DNA of 29,430 bases, taken from an uncultured Gemmatimonadales bacterium (GTDB lineage: Bacteria; Gemmatimonadota; Glassbacteria; GWA2-58-10). The DNA lies in assembly GCA_964609635.1 (NCBI GenBank), contig CAZSTM010000001.1, forward strand, positions 1 to 29,430. Reading direction: 5' to 3'. Positions 25,443-29,430 of this stretch are shown here, in pieces; the stretch's first letter is position 1; every line of letters begins with the position of its first letter. A program made the translations under genes and the position numbers. A model generated the notes under the pieces. That model searched no databases. It was given only the letters and a program-made list of their open reading frames with translations, and had not been told where the DNA came from.

Positions 25443-25573
25443 GTGAGTTAGTCATTACGATACATAGGCTTCACCGGGAAAAATGAAAATAACCCGGTTC
25501 ATCCTGTTATCCCGTCTAGTTTTCATTCCAGCCTGTCCGGCTAAGTTCAAGACCAGGAGGCGACCGCCCCGAT

Positions 25574-27301
25574 ATGGAGAACAACCCCCGCCTGTCGGTA
25601 ATCATGCCCGCGTTCAACGAGGGAGACAATATCTATGAGAATCTCCGCGAGACTGCCGCCAGCCTCGAGTCTCTGGAGGTTCCGTTCGAGATCGTGCTGG
25701 TGGACGACGGGAGTTCGGATAACACGCTCTCCGAGGCGTCTCGCGCCGCCGAGACCGACAGCCGTATCAGGATAGCCAGGAATTACCACAACCTGGGTAA
25801 AGGCTGGGCCCTTAAGACCGGATTCAACCGCTGCCGCGGCGAAGTGGTGGCCTTCCTCGATGCGGACCTCGACATTCCTCCGGCCCAGATGGGACTGCTG
25901 CTGCAAAAGCTCGATTCTGCGAACTTCGATGTGGTGATCGGCTCCAAGCTCCATCCCGGCTCCCGGCTCGGTTACCCTCGCTACAGGAAGTTGTTCTCTT
26001 TTTGCTATTACCTGTTTATCAAGTTTCTTTTCGACCTGCCCCTGCGGGACACCCAGACCGGAATCAAGCTCTATCGCAAAAGCGTGCTCGCCGAAATTTT
26101 TCCGCACGTTCTGGTCAAGAAATTCGCTTTCGATATCGAACTTCTGGCTGTGGCCCATTACCGGAAATTCGAGATCGCCGAGGTGCCGGTGATCCTCGAT
26201 TTCCGGCGCGGTTTGCACTGGGGAAGGATCCGCCTGGTCGATATCTTTCAGATCCTGCTCGATACCCTGGCGATCTTCTATCGCCTGAAAATACTCCGTT
26301 ACTACGACCGCCGCCTGCCGGTGATCGATAGAGTTCCCCGGGTCTCGATTGTGATCGCCGTGGGAGCCTATAACGACAACCTGGTGGCATCGATCGAGGC
26401 CTGCCTGCGCCTGGATTACCCGGACTTCGAGGTGCTGGTCTTTCCCGATGAGCCGTTCGACTGGCCCGATCCCAGGGTGCGGGTGGTGGCTACCGGAAGC
26501 CACGGTCCCAGCTACAAGCGCGACTTTGCCCTGGAGGAGGCCGGCGGCGAGATAATCGCTTTCCTGGACGACGACGCCTACCCGGTAACCGACTGGCTGA
26601 CCAACGCGGTGCGCAATTTCAGCCGGCCGGAGGTGGCCGCCGTGGGAGGGCCTGCAGTCACCCCTCCCAGCGACAATATTTTTCAACAGGCCAGCGGTGA
26701 CATCTATGCTTCGCTGCTTGTCGGCGGCACTTATAACTATCGGTACATTCAGGGCCGCTACCGGGAGGTGGAAGACTATCCTACCTGCAACCTGCTGGTA
26801 CGTAAAGAGGTTTTCAAGCGAGTAGGTGGTTTTGATACAAAATACTGGCCCGGCGAGGACACTTTCTTCTGTTTGAAAATAGTCCGTGACCTGAAGATGA
26901 AAATAGTCTACGAGCCGGACGCCATAGTATATCACCACCGCAGGGAGGTTTACCGGGGGCACCTCAGACAAATCATAAGCTATGCCCTGCACCGCGGCTA
27001 TTTTGTCAAGCGCTTTCCGGAAACCAGCCTGCGACTGGCCTACTTTTTGCCCTCACTATTGGTTCTGGGCCTGCTCCTGGGGCCGCCGGCCTTATATTTC
27101 TGGCCGCCCCTGGGGATTCTCTGCACCGTGGCGACAGCTTTATACCTGTTGTCCGCCGGATGTTTCGCGTCTTTGAGTTTTAACCCTTTAAGAGTCTGGT
27201 TGGTGTTCAGCGGCATTGTGCTTTCGCACCTGAGCTACGGAGTTTATTTTATCCGGGGACTTCTGTCGGGCAGTCTGGATGAGGAAGAGCCGGAGGATTG
27301 A
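25574..27301 (+). CDS. Two-domain GT2 glycosyltransferase (polyprenol-phosphate-sugar synthase-like domain, second GT2 domain and C-terminal TMs)
   Basis: Domain 1 'SVIMPAFNE...DDGSSD...GKG...FLDADL...RDTQTGIK'; domain 2 'SIVIA...FLDDDAYP...GED...HHR'; hydrophobic C-terminus. Confidence 0.9.
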   Translation: MENNPRLSVIMPAFNEGDNIYENLRETAASLESLEVPFEIVLVDDGSSDNTLSEASRAAETDSRIRIARNYHNLGKGWALKTGFNRCRGEVVAFLDADLDIPPAQMGLLLQKLDSANFDVVIGSKLHPGSRLGYPRYRKLFSFCYYLFIKFLFDLPLRDTQTGIKLYRKSVLAEIFPHVLVKKFAFDIELLAVAHYRKFEIAEVPVILDFRRGLHWGRIRLVDIFQILLDTLAIFYRLKILRYYDRRLPVIDRVPRVSIVIAVGAYNDNLVASIEACLRLDYPDFEVLVFPDEPFDWPDPRVRVVATGSHGPSYKRDFALEEAGGEIIAFLDDDAYPVTDWLTNAVRNFSRPEVAAVGGPAVTPPSDNIFQQASGDIYASLLVGGTYNYRYIQGRYREVEDYPTCNLLVRKEVFKRVGGFDTKYWPGEDTFFCLKIVRDLKMKIVYEPDAIVYHHRREVYRGHLRQIISYALHRGYFVKRFPETSLRLAYFLPSLLVLGLLLGPPALYFWPPLGILCTVATALYLLSAGCFASLSFNPLRVWLVFSGIVLSHLSYGVYFIRGLLSGSLDEEEPED

Positions 27302-27447
27302 CAGGTCTTCAGGTTTGGATAAATTTCGGGTTCAGACTCTTACCATCTTAAGACCGGCCGGCCGGTCCCCCCTGCGGAACATACGGATTTCTGACGAGGG
27401 AAGAAATCGAGAGTAACCAAGGAAAATCTTCAAGCCCGAGCGTTTCG

Positions 27448-28440
27448 GTGATTATTCCAACGCTGAATTCGGCCTCCGTGCTCGGCCCCTGCCTGGAGAG
27501 CATCCGCGCCCAGGCTTATCCCTCCGATCGCCTGGAGATAATCATTGCCGATGCCGGCTCGACCGATAATACCCTGGAAGTGGCTGCCGGATTCGGGGTG
27601 GATCGCGTGGTGGAGAACCCGCTGGTCTCGGGCGAGGCCGGGAAATCGGCCGGTTTTGCGGTTGCGCACGGTGAGGTGGCGGCTTTTATAGACAGCGACA
27701 ACCTGCTTACCCGGCCGGACTGGCTGGAAAAAATGACCGCCCCTTTCGCCGATGAACAGATCGTGGGCAGTGAACCGCTGTGGTACACCTGGCGGCCTGA
27801 GGACCCCCTGATCACCCGTTACTGCGCACTTACCGGGGTCAACGATCCGCTGGTCAGTTTCCTGGGCAATTACGACCGCCTGAATTACCTGACCGGCCGC
27901 TGGACCGCCCTGGATGTGCGCACCGAGGACCGGGGGGGCTACCTGCTGGTGGAGCTGGACAGGGAAATGATCCCCACTATGGGGGCCAATGGCTTTCTGG
28001 TCCGGGCCGAGGCCCTGAGGCGCACAAAGTGGCGGCCTTACCTGGCGGATATTGACACCGTTTACGATCTGGCCTGCCTGGGGCTGAACCGCTTCGCCAA
28101 GGTCAAGGTGGGCATCCTGCACCTTTACTGTCCGGATGTGGCGACTTTCGTGCGCAAGCAGAACCGCCGGATACGGGATTATACATATTACAGCAGGCAG
28201 GGCATGCGCCGCTATCCGTGGAAACGCAGCTCGCTCCTGGGCCTTGCGCGCTTCGTGGTTTACTGTGTGACGGTTTTGCCCCTGCTCTGGCAGGCGGCGC
28301 GGGGTGCAATCAGGAAACCTGACCGCGCCTGGTTTTTCCACCTGCCGGCCTGCTGGATTACCCTCTGGGTCTACGCCACGGGCTCGATTCGCGCCCGGTT
28401 CTCTAGTAAGGCCATGGATCGCAAAGGCTGGAAACAATAG
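27448..28440 (+). CDS. GT2 glycosyltransferase (true start probably upstream of 27436)
   Basis: 'PSVSVIIPTLN', 'DAGSTD' and 'FIDSDN'; C-terminal TM segments. Confidence 0.88.
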   Translation: MIIPTLNSASVLGPCLESIRAQAYPSDRLEIIIADAGSTDNTLEVAAGFGVDRVVENPLVSGEAGKSAGFAVAHGEVAAFIDSDNLLTRPDWLEKMTAPFADEQIVGSEPLWYTWRPEDPLITRYCALTGVNDPLVSFLGNYDRLNYLTGRWTALDVRTEDRGGYLLVELDREMIPTMGANGFLVRAEALRRTKWRPYLADIDTVYDLACLGLNRFAKVKVGILHLYCPDVATFVRKQNRRIRDYTYYSRQGMRRYPWKRSSLLGLARFVVYCVTVLPLLWQAARGAIRKPDRAWFFHLPACWITLWVYATGSIRARFSSKAMDRKGWKQ

Positions 28441-28451
28441 GAGAAACTCCA

Positions 28452-29324
28452 GTGCTTGTACATCTTCTCAAATCGATGCGTCCGATGCAATGGACGAAAA
28501 ACCTGCTGGTTTTCGCAGGCATCATTTTCGCCAGAGACCTGGGCAATCCTCACAAAGTCTGCCTGGCCCTGCAGGCTTTCCTGGTTTTCTGCCTGATTTC
28601 CTCGGCGGTTTACCTGCTGAACGATGTGATCGACCGTGAGAGAGACCGCCAGCATCCGCTCAAACGGACGCGGCCTCTGGCATCTGGAGCGCTCAACCGG
28701 GGAGTTTGCCTCTGGACCGCTTTCGCCCTTATCGCGTCAGCCTGTGTCTGGGGAATTTTCCTGGGTAGCAGCTTTTTACTGATAGGAGTGGGCTACCTGG
28801 TATTGAATCTGTTTTATTCCTGGCGCTTGAAGCAGGTGGTGATCATCGATGTGATGACCCTGGCCTGCGGTTACCTGCTCCGGGTCCTTGCCGGCACCCT
28901 GGTTATCGAGGTTTACACCAGCCCCTGGCTGCTGCTGTGCACATTTCTGTTGAGCCTTTTCCTGGGATTCGGCAAACGCCGCCACGAGCTGGTGCTCCTG
29001 GAGGATGAAGCCGCCGAGCATCGGGACGTGCTGGTACACTACAGCCCTTATTTCCTCGACCAGATGATCTCGATCGTCACTACCAGCACCCTGCTCTGTT
29101 ATATCCTTTATACCCTGAGCCCGGAAACAGTGGGCAAAGTAGGCAGCTATAATTTGTTGTATTCGGTGCCGTTTGTCATCTACGGTATTTTCCGCTACCT
29201 GTACCTGATTCACCGGCACAGCAGGGGAGGAGACCCGGCACAACTCGTGTTCACCGACCGCTCTCTTCTGATTGCCATAGCTTGCTGGTTTCTCAGCGTG
29301 CTTGCCGTGCTGTACAAGGGATAG
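28452..29324 (+). CDS. UbiA-superfamily decaprenyl-phosphate phosphoribosyltransferase-like (DPPR synthase) protein
   Basis: 'RPMQWTKNLLVF', 'YLLNDVIDRERDRQHPLKRTRPLASG', 'LKQVVIIDV', 'KRRHEL' and 'YGIFRY'; multi-pass membrane protein. Confidence 0.88.
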   Translation: MLVHLLKSMRPMQWTKNLLVFAGIIFARDLGNPHKVCLALQAFLVFCLISSAVYLLNDVIDRERDRQHPLKRTRPLASGALNRGVCLWTAFALIASACVWGIFLGSSFLLIGVGYLVLNLFYSWRLKQVVIIDVMTLACGYLLRVLAGTLVIEVYTSPWLLLCTFLLSLFLGFGKRRHELVLLEDEAAEHRDVLVHYSPYFLDQMISIVTTSTLLCYILYTLSPETVGKVGSYNLLYSVPFVIYGIFRYLYLIHRHSRGGDPAQLVFTDRSLLIAIACWFLSVLAVLYKG

Positions 29325-29351
29325 TTTATTATCCACAAGGTTACGCAGATT

Positions 29352-29379
29352 AATCCACTCTTAAGAGGGGTGGCCGTGT
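29352..29379 (+). repeat. REP-like palindromic intergenic element, copy 2
   Basis: AATCCACTCTTAAGAGGGGTGGCCGTGT has the core palindrome CTCTTAAGAG and matches 21080-21107. Confidence 0.6.
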
Positions 29380-29430
29380 AGGGACATCCATGATAAGTTA
29401 AGTCAAGGGGAAAACGGAGATTTCCCTTAA

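Noticed and set aside
25382-25486. 34-aa ORF overlapping the flippase stop
   Set aside because: It has no convincing RBS or recognisable features, and it runs through the heptamer repeat.

Overview
A gene-dense (roughly 55-60% GC, estimated by eye) chromosomal segment of a flagellated bacterium, with no mobile element, CRISPR array, rRNA or tRNA recognised. It has five blocks. (1) 1-7569: flagellar motor/switch genes flgE (5' truncated, with inserted domains), flbD, motA, motB, fliL, fliM, fliY and fliO. A terminator and a sigma54-type promoter separate flgE from flbD, and fliP does not follow fliO. (2) 7753-11033: a creatininase-family hydrolase, a DUF4910/M28-like peptidase and a stand-alone cNMP-binding protein. 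(3) 11264-14364: a putative exported redox module made of a Sec-exported multiheme cytochrome c (four CxxCH plus one contracted CxCH motif), a Tat-signal small subunit and a Cys-cluster GMC flavoprotein. (4) 14400-16884: an XRE-HTH/atypical receiver regulator preceded by sigma28-like and sigma70-like promoters, an orphan membrane-anchored coiled-coil protein and a 48-aa membrane protein missing from the ORF track. (5) 16885-29324, all on the + strand: a HAD phosphatase, a rubredoxin missing from the ORF track, ribD-ribE-ribBA-ribH-nusB, a metallophosphoesterase and a glycan cluster (GT4, flippase, double GT2, GT2, and a UbiA-type polyprenyl-phosphate phosphoribosyltransferase). Two small dispersed intergenic repeat families are present. 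The best candidates for novelty are the cytochrome/Tat/GMC module with its contracted heme motif, the polyprenyl-pentose glycosylation cluster and the sigma28-linked XRE/pseudo-receiver locus. All family calls come from motif recognition by eye; no database searches were run.
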